This document shows positions 1 to 9,048 of a stretch of DNA of 64,000 bases, one piece after another. This stretch comes from a virus. The translations under genes and the position numbers were made by a program. Where the stretch lies: positions 27,256-91,255 of the IMG/VR virus record IMGVR_UViG_3300036790_000231; one strand, 5' to 3'. Positions within the stretch are counted from its first letter, which is position 1, and each line of letters starts with the position of its first letter. The notes beneath the pieces were generated by a model. It was not told the DNA's origin. It saw only the letters and a program-made list of their open reading frames with translations, and made no database searches.

Positions 1-80
1 TTTCCCCATTCTTCAATAAAATTACCAACAGTATTCTTACCTGAATTCTTCAGACCGGCCAATCCGATTAACTTAGTCAA
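1..80 (-). CDS. deoxynucleoside monophosphate kinase-like P-loop protein (N-terminus only; runs off the window)
   Basis: TTG at 80 after a GGAGG RBS gives MTKLIGLAGLKNSGKNTVGNFIEEWG, matching the IGLxGxxxSGKxT start typical of phage dNMP kinases. Not in the ORF track. Confidence 0.6.
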   Translation of the reverse strand, partial: MTKLIGLAGLKNSGKNTVGNFIEEWG

Positions 81-279
81 TTTTCATAACCTCCATATCG
101 TTAACTTGCAAACCACTATGCCTGACCAATCTATCTGCTGTCATTTTAACCACCTCATTCAACTCATCATCTGTTAAATTATAATGATCTTCAAAACCGG
201 CATTAATAAAATCTTCCTCTTCTATATCACTATCTAAAACAGTTATTTCGCCTTCCAGGTGTACATGAAAACGTTTCAT
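73..279 (-). CDS. hypothetical acidic protein
   Basis: 68-aa ORF translationally coupled to the SSB gene (ATGA overlap). Confidence 0.6.
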   Translation of the reverse strand: MKRFHVHLEGEITVLDSDIEEEDFINAGFEDHYNLTDDELNEVVKMTADRLVRHSGLQVNDMEVMKID

Positions 280-1106
280 CTATTAAAAGCAGACGATCTC
301 ATTAGCGGCGCACTGCCACCGAAGACATCATTTTGTGCTGGAGTTATCTCGGAAGAAGAATTCTCTGCCACTGTTCCCTGTCCATTTACTATCGCGCGCA
401 TTTCCTCAAAGGTGGGCGATTTAGTAAGTGAATCTAAATCAAACTTCTCCTGCATAATAGACATATCCGCGACAAGCATTGGCTGAGGTCCGCCATCCAC
501 TTCAGCAGGAACAATTGTATATTTAGTATCACTCAGTCCAGAACCTTCTCTAGAAATTACGAAATCTCTCGACATTAAGCCTTTGTAATTTCTATCAGTC
601 TGAACTGCTAAGTTGAAATTTGTAGCAGAGCACTTCCAAAGAAATACACTGTCTCCAAACCCAGTAATAATTGGTTTCTTGTTAGCATCACGTTCAGTAT
701 AACCTTTATCACTTTTCTTATATATAGGTCCAAGAACAAATGCTTTTTCTCCCATAGGGGTAATTTTTTCATTTAATTCCTGAAGATCTTCATTACCTCT
801 CCAAATCAAATTAAGAAAGCCCTTCTTACTTCTCTTACTAATTTCTTCCTCCATCGAAGAACAAGCAGGACAAGGAATGCCTTCATCTTCCTGGTCCAAA
901 CAAGGAACATCAGAAAAATATTTCCCTCTTCTCAATCTATGAACTACGGCCCAAGTAAGTTCTTCTCCATGTTCCAGAAATCTTACTCTAGCTCTCTGTC
1001 CATCTTCTATTGCGAAATACTGTAAAGCCTGACCAGTTCCCGCCGCTGCACTTCTAGCCTTTGATCTTTCATTTGATTTTATAAAACTGCTAGCTCCACG
1101 AGGCAT
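276..1106 (-). CDS. single-stranded DNA-binding protein, gp32-like
   Basis: RVRFL...H...C..CPAC zinc motif, RDFVISREGSGLSDTKYTI segment and flexible C-terminal tail. Lies next to primase and helicase. Confidence 0.65.
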   Translation of the reverse strand: MPRGASSFIKSNERSKARSAAAGTGQALQYFAIEDGQRARVRFLEHGEELTWAVVHRLRRGKYFSDVPCLDQEDEGIPCPACSSMEEEISKRSKKGFLNLIWRGNEDLQELNEKITPMGEKAFVLGPIYKKSDKGYTERDANKKPIITGFGDSVFLWKCSATNFNLAVQTDRNYKGLMSRDFVISREGSGLSDTKYTIVPAEVDGGPQPMLVADMSIMQEKFDLDSLTKSPTFEEMRAIVNGQGTVAENSSSEITPAQNDVFGGSAPLMRSSAFNR

Positions 1107-1292
1107 ATTCTTGCCCTTTCCGTTTATTCGCGTTTAATTTTCTTTTACCAATCAATCAAATTTACCCTTTTTTAAGTAGCATCAAAACCGCAATTTTTAC
1201 ATCTAAAAAGTGTTCCTTCTATATTCCATTCACAGTTTTTCCATACGCATGCGCTTCTACAATATATTTATTTTTAGTCCAATTCTTATTAA

Positions 1293-2438
1293 TCATAGTC
1301 CATCCCTTATTATAAATGATAAAGCAGGCTCTGCATTTACTATTAACTCTTCTATTTCATTTGTTTTAAGTTCAGCAGCATCTCCTGAAGCATTGGTGAC
1401 GATTCTTACATCTATGTGCGGATTAAGCATTTCTACGATTTTTTGCGTTCCCTTTTGGCCTGCTTGATCATTATCAAAATATACGATTATCTCACTGCAA
1501 TATTTAATTATTAATTCCGCTTGAGTTTCAGAAAACTCACTGCCTGCCACGCCTAAAGCTTTCCAACCGCATTGATCCATTGCTATTACATTTAACTCAC
1601 CCTCAACAACAACGGCAGAATACATATTATGTCCTTCAAAATCATCAGGTTGATCTAATAGTCTATTCAGACCAAATACATATTCAGACTTTCTATATCT
1701 ATCAAAACCATAATGGACTGATTTATAAGGAGTATCTCCAAGAATAAGATATCTAGGATATGCAGGATTGTCCCTATATTGACGTCCCTTAAATCCTACC
1801 AGTCTTCCATTCTCATCTCTAATAGGAATAGTAATTCTATCTGTATATTGATCATATCCAATTTCCCACTTATTTAAGATATCAGGATTAAATCCTCTAT
1901 CATACATATATTTCTTGTAGTCAGGATAATTACTGCAACCACAGCATTCTGGCCCTCCTACAGTGTTGCAATTGTCTCTATATGGTTCACACTCATAACA
2001 CCAATATTTATTCTTCCAATCCATTCTAAACTTTTCAATCCAAGTTTCGCTAGGGAGAATAACTTTCATATCATTCACATTATCTAATATACCGTTATTC
2101 ATAATCTTTTCTACCTCGACGCTTAAATCATCTATAGGGGATTTTAATTCCCCTCCATATCTTTCTTCTAATAAACGTCTAGCTTCAGTTTCTGGTATTT
2201 TTTTATACCAAGAAAGAAATGATATAGCATTTCCCTTACGACCGCATGAGTGGCACACAAAAAGTGTAGTATTTATATTCATTCTTGCGCTAGGATTTAT
2301 ATCTCCATGTATATGATCTTCGCTAGGACAACTAAAATTGCACTCTGATCCCGTTACACTAATTTTTTGTATGCCAGTTGATTCGAGCAGATCCTTAACA
2401 TCAACATACGACAGATCTAGCAATTCTTTTCTTTTCAC
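1293..2438 (-). CDS. DNA primase (CHC2 zinc finger + TOPRIM)
   Basis: CP..H...CHSC zinc finger; RITIPIRDENGRLVGFKGR; VVEGELN; YFDNDQAG. Confidence 0.92.
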   Translation of the reverse strand: MKRKELLDLSYVDVKDLLESTGIQKISVTGSECNFSCPSEDHIHGDINPSARMNINTTLFVCHSCGRKGNAISFLSWYKKIPETEARRLLEERYGGELKSPIDDLSVEVEKIMNNGILDNVNDMKVILPSETWIEKFRMDWKNKYWCYECEPYRDNCNTVGGPECCGCSNYPDYKKYMYDRGFNPDILNKWEIGYDQYTDRITIPIRDENGRLVGFKGRQYRDNPAYPRYLILGDTPYKSVHYGFDRYRKSEYVFGLNRLLDQPDDFEGHNMYSAVVVEGELNVIAMDQCGWKALGVAGSEFSETQAELIIKYCSEIIVYFDNDQAGQKGTQKIVEMLNPHIDVRIVTNASGDAAELKTNEIEELIVNAEPALSFIIRDGL

Positions 2439-2847
2439 AAGTTATACACCTTCTGCGTCCATTATCCCATCTTGTATTATTTTCATCAAAAGCGTGACCA
2501 TATTTGCAGTGTGTCTTTCTTTTATTTATAGCTGAAGGGGAATTAGATAGTGCATTATTATCAGTGTTACTTATGCACATGAGATGATGAGGATTGACAC
2601 AGGACGGGTTATCACATCGATGATGAACTTGATAGAAAGGTGGTGATAAAATCCATCCCCATCTTAATAAAAATGAGAAACGATGCGCCTTGATAGATTT
2701 TCTTTTACCTCCCGTGAAATTACCATATCCCTTAGCGTCTTTACTTCCTGTCCATATCCAACATTTTGTTCCTAATTTAGATATTGGACCATCTTTATTT
2801 ACCTTCTTCCAAAAAAGTAAAACTCTTAAGGGATTTTCTACTTCCAT
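2401..2847 (-). CDS. HNH homing endonuclease
   Basis: CWIWTG...GYG...AHR...HHRCDNPSCVNPHHL, plus a C-terminal THCKYGH..RRCITC zinc motif. Confidence 0.88.
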   Translation of the reverse strand: MEVENPLRVLLFWKKVNKDGPISKLGTKCWIWTGSKDAKGYGNFTGGKRKSIKAHRFSFLLRWGWILSPPFYQVHHRCDNPSCVNPHHLMCISNTDNNALSNSPSAINKRKTHCKYGHAFDENNTRWDNGRRRCITCEKKRIARSVVC

Positions 2848-2850
2848 TTT

Positions 2851-4128
2851 TCATGCATATCCTTTATCAAAATTATGAGAGACATCTTCTACTCCATCCC
2901 AAGGTCTAAAATACATTCGTTCAGGTTCCCATAGCATTGCCGACTCAGCAATCGAACTACTTCTACTCTTAACTAATCTCATAATCATTTTATTTTCTAG
3001 CTTTAATTCTTCATTTTGTTTCATCCCTATATATACATCAGATGCTTGCAATACGGAAATAGAACCGCCTACATTGCTCTCAGTAGAACCATCATCGGCC
3101 GATCCTCGCGTATCCTGACTGACCATAATAATTACTGACTCGGTAGAAAGAGCAATGGACTTTAATTCATTAGTTATCTCTACTAAACTCTCCCATTTGG
3201 CCATACTCGCGCGATGTGCCTTCATCAGTTGAACATAATCAACGCATGTGATAGCTGGCTTATACCGATTGATTTCTGCGTACACTCTATCAATCGTACA
3301 TGCTCCTAACTTATCTGCAATGATCAGATCATTATCTGAATCTTTATAACTATTAGCAACTAGTCTCCATTTTTGAATAGCATCATCAGACAGCTCTCGC
3401 TTTCTCAACATCCGATGCGAGAAATTCGTCACCATAGTGTCAAAGCGATCCATGATTTGACGACGGCTCATCTCAAGAGATAAAAGCAGCCCAGAATAGC
3501 CTTGATTTAGAGCGTTTGCTAAAAAGAGCTGTGAACTCAGACTCTTTCCGCGACCTGAGAAACCAGCAATAGTGACCACATCTCCCGGCTGAAATCCCTC
3601 TGTTAAATCGTCAAATAGAGGAATACCCATCTTGATTCCGGTAGAAATGCCTTCTGCCTTGTCTACTTCATATTGGTCGATCCTCTCGGCCATTTCTGCG
3701 CGAAATCTGGAGACTTGGCCAGAGGGGACCGTAGCCGCCAAATCTCGTGCAGCATCAAGCATCAACTCGTCTACATGATTCCTTAAATCCCTTTTACCGG
3801 ACTTAAATTCACGTGCATATTCTGCAAGCTCCAATACCTTAGATTCAAACTTCCTGCGCTTTGTTTCCGCAAGAAACTCATCTATTAGAGCCTCTAAGGG
3901 ATCTTCAGTAACTTCTCCACGCCAACTAGGAAAATTATTTCTTACCAGTGATATAGAAGGTGCAATAGAATATTTCCTAGTATGTTTTGAAACCCAATCA
4001 AAAATTTCTGAGCATTCTTGGCCCGATTGGGTTTGCGAAAAATGCCTTGATTCTATTCCCCTAGAAAGTAAATTAGCTATTTGCCCAGAGGAAATAGCAC
4101 TTGAAAGGAGCGCCCTCTCGGAATCCAT
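2851..4128 (-). CDS. DnaB-like replicative helicase
   Basis: Walker A AGFSGRGKS, SLEM, Walker B CVDYVQL, SQ motif and KSR arginine finger. Confidence 0.9.
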   Translation of the reverse strand: MDSERALLSSAISSGQIANLLSRGIESRHFSQTQSGQECSEIFDWVSKHTRKYSIAPSISLVRNNFPSWRGEVTEDPLEALIDEFLAETKRRKFESKVLELAEYAREFKSGKRDLRNHVDELMLDAARDLAATVPSGQVSRFRAEMAERIDQYEVDKAEGISTGIKMGIPLFDDLTEGFQPGDVVTIAGFSGRGKSLSSQLFLANALNQGYSGLLLSLEMSRRQIMDRFDTMVTNFSHRMLRKRELSDDAIQKWRLVANSYKDSDNDLIIADKLGACTIDRVYAEINRYKPAITCVDYVQLMKAHRASMAKWESLVEITNELKSIALSTESVIIMVSQDTRGSADDGSTESNVGGSISVLQASDVYIGMKQNEELKLENKMIMRLVKSRSSSIAESAMLWEPERMYFRPWDGVEDVSHNFDKGYA

Positions 4129-4151
4129 ACTTTCCTTTCTTTGGCGCTTAT

Positions 4152-4937
4152 CTATCTCTTTCCAACAACTACTCTAATGTCTTCTTTTCTATCCTTAATT
4201 CCATATACAATAGGAAATCCAGTATCTCTAATCTTCTCCATTACTACCTCACCCATATTGCCAAACTTACCAACCTCAAGAGCAATCACTTGGACATATT
4301 TTCTTTTCTTAACTTCTGACAAAAGTCTGTTAATAAGTGCGTATCCATCATCTCCTCCCCACAAAGAAATATCAGGTTCATTATTCACCATCTCAGATGG
4401 ATATGAATCGATCTTTTCTTTTGGAAGATAAGGTAGATTAGCAGTTATTGCATAGTAAACATCCGAGGTATTTTCTAATAAATTGCTATGCTTAATATTA
4501 ATAGGCAAATGTAAATTTTCTGAATTTACATAGGCTAAATCCAAAGCATCCTTACTAATATCCGATACTGTTACCTCAATATCAGGACGCTCATGCTTTA
4601 CAGCCAACGCAACTGCTCCAGAACCCGTCCCTACATCCAACAACCTTACATTTGCTGGAATATCAAGAATAGGCTCTACAAGTAATTCAGTCTCTATACG
4701 AGGAACTAATACTCTGTTATCAATAGATAGATCAAGTCCTCTGAACTTGCTTTTACCAATTATATAAGCTACAGGTTCCCTTTCATTAATTCTTCTACTA
4801 ATATATGTATTAAGCTGGATATCATTTTCAGCTGATTCAAAAAGTTCTTCGGTTTCTTTCCTAGGATTTTCTCCTTCAAGATTTGTAATGGCTTCAACAG
4901 TAGAATCAAAAACAGAACTATCAACAACGGTATTCAA
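4152..4937 (-). CDS. prmC: release-factor glutamine N5-methyltransferase (PrmC/HemK family)
   Basis: RRINEREPVAYIIG, VLVPRIETELLVE, DVGTGSGAVALA, ANLPY, EP..SLWGGDDG and LEVG motifs. Confidence 0.9.
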   Translation of the reverse strand: MNTVVDSSVFDSTVEAITNLEGENPRKETEELFESAENDIQLNTYISRRINEREPVAYIIGKSKFRGLDLSIDNRVLVPRIETELLVEPILDIPANVRLLDVGTGSGAVALAVKHERPDIEVTVSDISKDALDLAYVNSENLHLPINIKHSNLLENTSDVYYAITANLPYLPKEKIDSYPSEMVNNEPDISLWGGDDGYALINRLLSEVKKRKYVQVIALEVGKFGNMGEVVMEKIRDTGFPIVYGIKDRKEDIRVVVGKR

Positions 4938-4952
4938 GGGACTTCTCTCCTT

Positions 4953-5303
4953 TTATGGTATCAAACGACCTTGTTCACTTTGTCTAATCATATTGTGAAC
5001 TGTTTCTCTATCTTCAGCAACTGCCTGCTCGCAAAGTTTCTGTGTCTCATGGATTTCTTTTGTAATAAAAGACTTCTCCTCATCAGTTATTCCAATTTGT
5101 GGATCTATGTATCTAACTACAGTAATAGGTCCAACAACAATATTGGCATATTGTCTAGTTGGTATTAACTCAGCAGCAGAAACACTAATTCTTATTAGAG
5201 GATAACCATTTGAATTCACAGGAATATGATTATCAATATTTAATGAATCTCTTTCAGCAGTATTAGCTGCTACTTGAGCTTGCTGTCTCTCTTCTGCCAT
5301 CAA
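4953..5303 (-). CDS. hypothetical protein
   Basis: ORF with a GGAG RBS in the replication operon. Confidence 0.6.
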   Translation of the reverse strand: MMAEERQQAQVAANTAERDSLNIDNHIPVNSNGYPLIRISVSAAELIPTRQYANIVVGPITVVRYIDPQIGITDEEKSFITKEIHETQKLCEQAVAEDRETVHNMIRQSEQGRLIP

Positions 5304-5508
5304 TTATCTCCTCAATTATATCATTATCTAATACTTTTTCCAGGAAAGTTTTTAAATCATTAATACTATCCGCAAGATAGATATGAGAGTTTGCAATAGA
5401 AGCATTCAATAAAGTATCAGGATCGAACTCCTCATTCTCATCGGCCGTATTAAAAGCCTTTTTCAGATACTTAACTGCTTGCCATCTATTGAAATTTCCA
5501 TCAATCAT
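5263..5508 (-). CDS. hypothetical protein
   Basis: 81-aa ORF with a GAGG RBS. Confidence 0.55.
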   Translation of the reverse strand: MIDGNFNRWQAVKYLKKAFNTADENEEFDPDTLLNASIANSHIYLADSINDLKTFLEKVLDNDIIEEIIDGRRETASSSSS

Positions 5509-5673
5509 TTATACCTCATAGTTTGCTTATTTTACGTTGCTTCTACCTATACTCTATCACATCGAGACGCTCGTGGGCTTAGTTACAAATGTTACAATGT
5601 ATCCAAAATTGAGCTATTTAGATTTGCCAATTCTTAGCATTCAAGCCATTTCAAGAAGATTCGATAGAGGAGC

Positions 5674-5702
5674 TTGCATCTTCATTTCAAAGCTGTTATA
5701 GT
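5674..5702 (+). promoter_or_regulatory. sigma70-type promoter
   Basis: TTGCAT-17 bp-TATAGT with an extended TG. Confidence 0.7.
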
Positions 5703-5749
5703 TGTTCTTAGGCGTGCAAAAACACAAATCCAGTAGGAGCATATATTCA

Positions 5750-6115
5750 ATGAGTGGTTTCGTTTTGAAGCTTGCGGAAGAACACCGCGATCTTCTCAAG
5801 AAAGAAATTGAGACAAAGGTTGGAAGCCAGCTTTCTGATCTTGAGTCTGTTGAATCGGAAATTAAGAAGCTGAGTCGTAAAAGTGGTGGTACGACAGGAA
5901 CTACGGCTCCTGCAACCCCCGATGCAGTCCTAGTTGAAGCCGTTGATAAGCTTTCAAAGGACGGCGCAGTAAAGGCTAGCGATATTGCTTCTCATCTCGG
6001 CGTCGATTCGCGCTCCATTGCTCGCAGGCTGAGCAACTTCGCGAAGGATGGCGTTCTTGGTGGGGATAAGGAGTCCGGTTACATTACCGGCGAAGGTCTG
6101 CCAGCAGCGGCCTAA
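5750..6115 (+). CDS. coiled-coil + winged-helix DNA-binding protein
   Basis: ATG at 5750 after AGGAG. N-terminal coiled coil, G/T/P linker, then HTH KASDIASHLGVDSRSIARRLSNF. Stand-alone unit with its own promoter and terminator. Confidence 0.75.
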   Translation: MSGFVLKLAEEHRDLLKKEIETKVGSQLSDLESVESEIKKLSRKSGGTTGTTAPATPDAVLVEAVDKLSKDGAVKASDIASHLGVDSRSIARRLSNFAKDGVLGGDKESGYITGEGLPAAA

Positions 6116-6125
6116 TAAGTAGTTC

Positions 6126-6166
6126 AGAGGGGAAGGTCAAATCCATACGGGCCTTCCCCTCTTTTT
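6126..6166 (+). terminator. intrinsic terminator
   Basis: AGAGGGGAAGGTC / GGCCTTCCCCTCT stem followed by a T-run. Confidence 0.85.
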
Positions 6167-6184
6167 ATGTAGTATTTGAATCAT

Positions 6185-6268
6185 GGCAGCGTGCCCAAAC
6201 TGGTAAAGGGACCTCGTTTAAGCCGAGGCGGCTTCACGGCCTTGCGAGTTCGACTCTCGCCGCTGCTA
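6185..6268 (+). tRNA. tRNA-Leu(TAA)
   Basis: Acceptor GGCAGCG/CGCTGCT; anticodon arm CCTCG-TT TAA GC-CGAGG; long variable arm; T arm GCGAG-TTCGACT-CTCGC. Confidence 0.93.
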
Positions 6269-6760
6269 CTCATATATCTTACTTCTATTGAGCTGTATAT
6301 CTCTTTCGGCATTTTTCTTTGCCGTCCATTTGAACCAAGTGGTTCCCTGATGACAAATCTGATCTACATCGGATACTCCACTATACTTCATTGATCTTCC
6401 ATTTATAAATGTTCTCTTTATTGATAATCTACGAACAGTATACTCCCACTTAAATATTCTAACTTTATTAAATTCTTTTATTACTCCACCTTCGGCTGCC
6501 GTTAAATTAAGTTTATTAATTTCTTTTCTATAATTATTTTTTGATTTCATATCTATAACAGTACAATAATCATCCTCGCATATCCAACCATTATCAAAAG
6601 CATCTAACTCACAGTACTTTGAATGACTTCCTTTATAGAAAGTATTCATTGTCACTCCAGGACCAGTCGGCCTATTTTCATGCTTCCAATCATTACCAAG
6701 TTTTTTAGCAATTTCTTCTGCATTACCTGTTAAGAAACTCAACATTATATCCTTTCGCAT
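6266..6760 (-). CDS. hypothetical protein
   Basis: 164-aa ORF overlapping the end of the helicase gene. Confidence 0.55.
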   Translation of the reverse strand: MRKDIMLSFLTGNAEEIAKKLGNDWKHENRPTGPGVTMNTFYKGSHSKYCELDAFDNGWICEDDYCTVIDMKSKNNYRKEINKLNLTAAEGGVIKEFNKVRIFKWEYTVRRLSIKRTFINGRSMKYSGVSDVDQICHQGTTWFKWTAKKNAERDIQLNRSKIYE

Positions 6761-8162
6761 TATATATTTTATGCATACGCTCTCTAAATTGTCCTCTTAG
6801 CAATGACGTATCTACATCTCTGAAATCATATACTATTGCATCCTTCTTTTTTGGAGAAGTTCTCATAATTCTCCCAATAGCTTGCTCGAATCCTCTAACT
6901 TTTCTTCCCGGATAAGTTAGAAACAATCTATTCAAACAAGGAATATCTGTTCCCTCCTCAATAAGAGTCGAGAAAAGAATTGATCCTTGATATCCATTTT
7001 CTATTGAATCTTTTATTTCTTGAGTCCTATCTGAATTATCTCCAGTAAGAATATGTAATAAAAAATGACCTACTACCTCTTCAGGAATCATATTTATCAT
7101 TTCATCCAAATGATTCTTTCTTTTAGATAATATAATACAATGATTCTTATTTTCTATCGCCTCAGATAGAGCATAATTCACAATTAATTCATTTCTATCT
7201 ACATCTTTTTCTAAATATTTCATCATTGAATTATAGTTGTTTCTGACTATTCTTCCGAATACCTTTTTAGTAGGATGATAATCAAAATCAAATTTAGTAT
7301 CCACTACCTTGATCGATGGGATCACAAGGGCCTCCTTGGCATCGGAGAGAGAGGTATCTGCAATGATTGGACCAATTACTGCTTTTACTAAATCCCAACG
7401 CGCGGGATCGCTGTCAGGAGTGGCCGAACAGCCAAAACGATAATAAGCAGGAAAACGCTGAATTAGATCAAAAGAGGAATCGGCACCTGCATGGTGAGCC
7501 TCATCATACACAACCATTCCAAATCGTTTATACCAATCATCATCTAATTCATCAACATGATTCCAGACAGATTGACGAAGAGCAATAACAAGTTGAAATT
7601 CGTCATTCCAATATCCATCACCAATTACACTAACTGCCTTAATACCTATTTCATTGGCTGCAATCACCCATTGAGAAACTAAATCCTTCTTTTCTACAAA
7701 AACAATTGTCTTCTGCTGACAATCTCGAATGATTGAAAGCATAGTTCTCGTCTTGCCGCTTCCAGTAGGCGCACGATAAACTCCATTAGCATAATGAATA
7801 AGTTTTTCTTTAGCAGTTTTTTGATATGATCTCAAGCCAATTTCTAAATGGTTAGACCTATAGTTTTCCCGATGTATTAATCCAGAATAATCCCAATCAA
7901 TCTCTATATCATTATCTTTTAATATCTTTTCAAATGCAAAAACGAATCCTCGCGGAAGAATTAGTTCATCATTATTGTTATATTCCCAAAGAAATATATA
8001 ATCAGGAAGATTCTCTGCTTCCCAAAGATGCTCTCTTAGCGCTAATTTCTTAGCCGGATTTACAATAGTGAGATGACTAAGGATTTTCTCTAATATATTT
8101 GAGCTAAGCTGCTTGCGATCCAAATGAATCTTAGAATCAATCGTCGCCTCAATCTTCTCCAT
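6723..8162 (-). CDS. superfamily 2 DExH helicase (UvsW/XPB-like)
   Basis: LRSYQ, APTGSGKT, YDEAHH, SATP, EGTDIP and QAIGRIMR motifs. Confidence 0.92.
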   Translation of the reverse strand: MEKIEATIDSKIHLDRKQLSSNILEKILSHLTIVNPAKKLALREHLWEAENLPDYIFLWEYNNNDELILPRGFVFAFEKILKDNDIEIDWDYSGLIHRENYRSNHLEIGLRSYQKTAKEKLIHYANGVYRAPTGSGKTRTMLSIIRDCQQKTIVFVEKKDLVSQWVIAANEIGIKAVSVIGDGYWNDEFQLVIALRQSVWNHVDELDDDWYKRFGMVVYDEAHHAGADSSFDLIQRFPAYYRFGCSATPDSDPARWDLVKAVIGPIIADTSLSDAKEALVIPSIKVVDTKFDFDYHPTKKVFGRIVRNNYNSMMKYLEKDVDRNELIVNYALSEAIENKNHCIILSKRKNHLDEMINMIPEEVVGHFLLHILTGDNSDRTQEIKDSIENGYQGSILFSTLIEEGTDIPCLNRLFLTYPGRKVRGFEQAIGRIMRTSPKKKDAIVYDFRDVDTSLLRGQFRERMHKIYNAKGYNVEFLNR

Positions 8163-8168
8163 CTAGAC

Positions 8169-8197
8169 ATTGTAACACGTCATTATTTTTAATGCAA
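8169..8197 (-). promoter_or_regulatory. promoter for a leaderless helicase mRNA
   Basis: Minus strand reads TTGCAT-17 bp-TACAAT, then 6 nt, then the ATG; no SD. Confidence 0.65.
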
Positions 8198-8596
8198 GCC
8201 TTCAGGATTAGGTCCAATATGAGCAATTTTTTCACAATTAGTAGGAGCTAATTTTTTTAACTCAAATTTATATAATTTTTTACCAACTCTGATCTCTTCT
8301 GGGCTAGCAAGAAGCTCATGTTTTTTCAAAAGTATTATATCTTGTTCATATCCAGTTTCATCTATATCTCTCAAAATACTCTTTATTTTCTGAGTTTCTT
8401 CGCATTGAATAAAACTTCTTTCTTGAGAAGCTGGCCTAGCTTTTAAAAGATAGTTGGTAATTCTATCATTCTCGTGTATTAAAGCTACTACAAGAAAAGC
8501 AATTACTATCATGCAAATTAAAACCGCTATTGAAATTGGATTCTCTTTACAAAACCTTTTCAAAAAGTTTGCTCTAGCTCTCATAATACTGTACAT
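8189..8596 (-). CDS. single-TM membrane protein, possible lysis accessory
   Basis: Hydrophobic stretch ISIAVLICMIVIAFLVVALI; located at the end of the virion operon. Confidence 0.55.
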   Translation of the reverse strand: MYSIMRARANFLKRFCKENPISIAVLICMIVIAFLVVALIHENDRITNYLLKARPASQERSFIQCEETQKIKSILRDIDETGYEQDIILLKKHELLASPEEIRVGKKLYKFELKKLAPTNCEKIAHIGPNPEGLH

Positions 8597-8693
8597 CAGA
8601 TCACCCTAACAATTTCACCTATACAAAGAAGAGTCAGAAAAAAGCCAGTTACTAATAAGGTTATTTTGAAATCAGACCAAAACTGTCCACGTT

Positions 8694-8972
8694 TTATTGG
8701 ACGCTTTTTGTTTTGTTTTCTGTTAGTTCGTGATCTGATGGGGTAGGAGCTAAATGCTCCAAACTCTCCGTAGCTTTCATTATTCGCCGGAAAGAATCCA
8801 ACCAAAGCGCTGGAGGTACTGAAATGAACCACAGCCCCAGGAGGACAATTATCCACTGAGCGTCCGTTACCTGAAATATCTCCCGATACTCTATATATAG
8901 ACCTATCCCTATGGAAGCCAATCTTACTACGGTATTTACCGCCGTTTTTAAATATCCCAATAATTTTATCAT
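8694..8972 (-). CDS. holin-like two-TM membrane protein
   Basis: Two hydrophobic helices and a charged C-terminal tail; located after the tail genes. Confidence 0.5.
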   Translation of the reverse strand: MIKLLGYLKTAVNTVVRLASIGIGLYIEYREIFQVTDAQWIIVLLGLWFISVPPALWLDSFRRIMKATESLEHLAPTPSDHELTENKTKSVQ

Positions 8973-8988
8973 TCATTATAACTCCAAC

Positions 8989-9042
8989 AAAAAAAGCACG
9001 ACATAATTTTCCCCTTTCTCTTTGAGCCGCCTATGCCGTGCT
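8989..9042 (-). terminator. terminator-like hairpin with a large loop, upstream of the holin candidate
   Basis: Minus strand AGCACGGCATA...TATGTCGTGCT followed by a T-run. Confidence 0.55.
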
Positions 9043-9048
9043 CTATTT

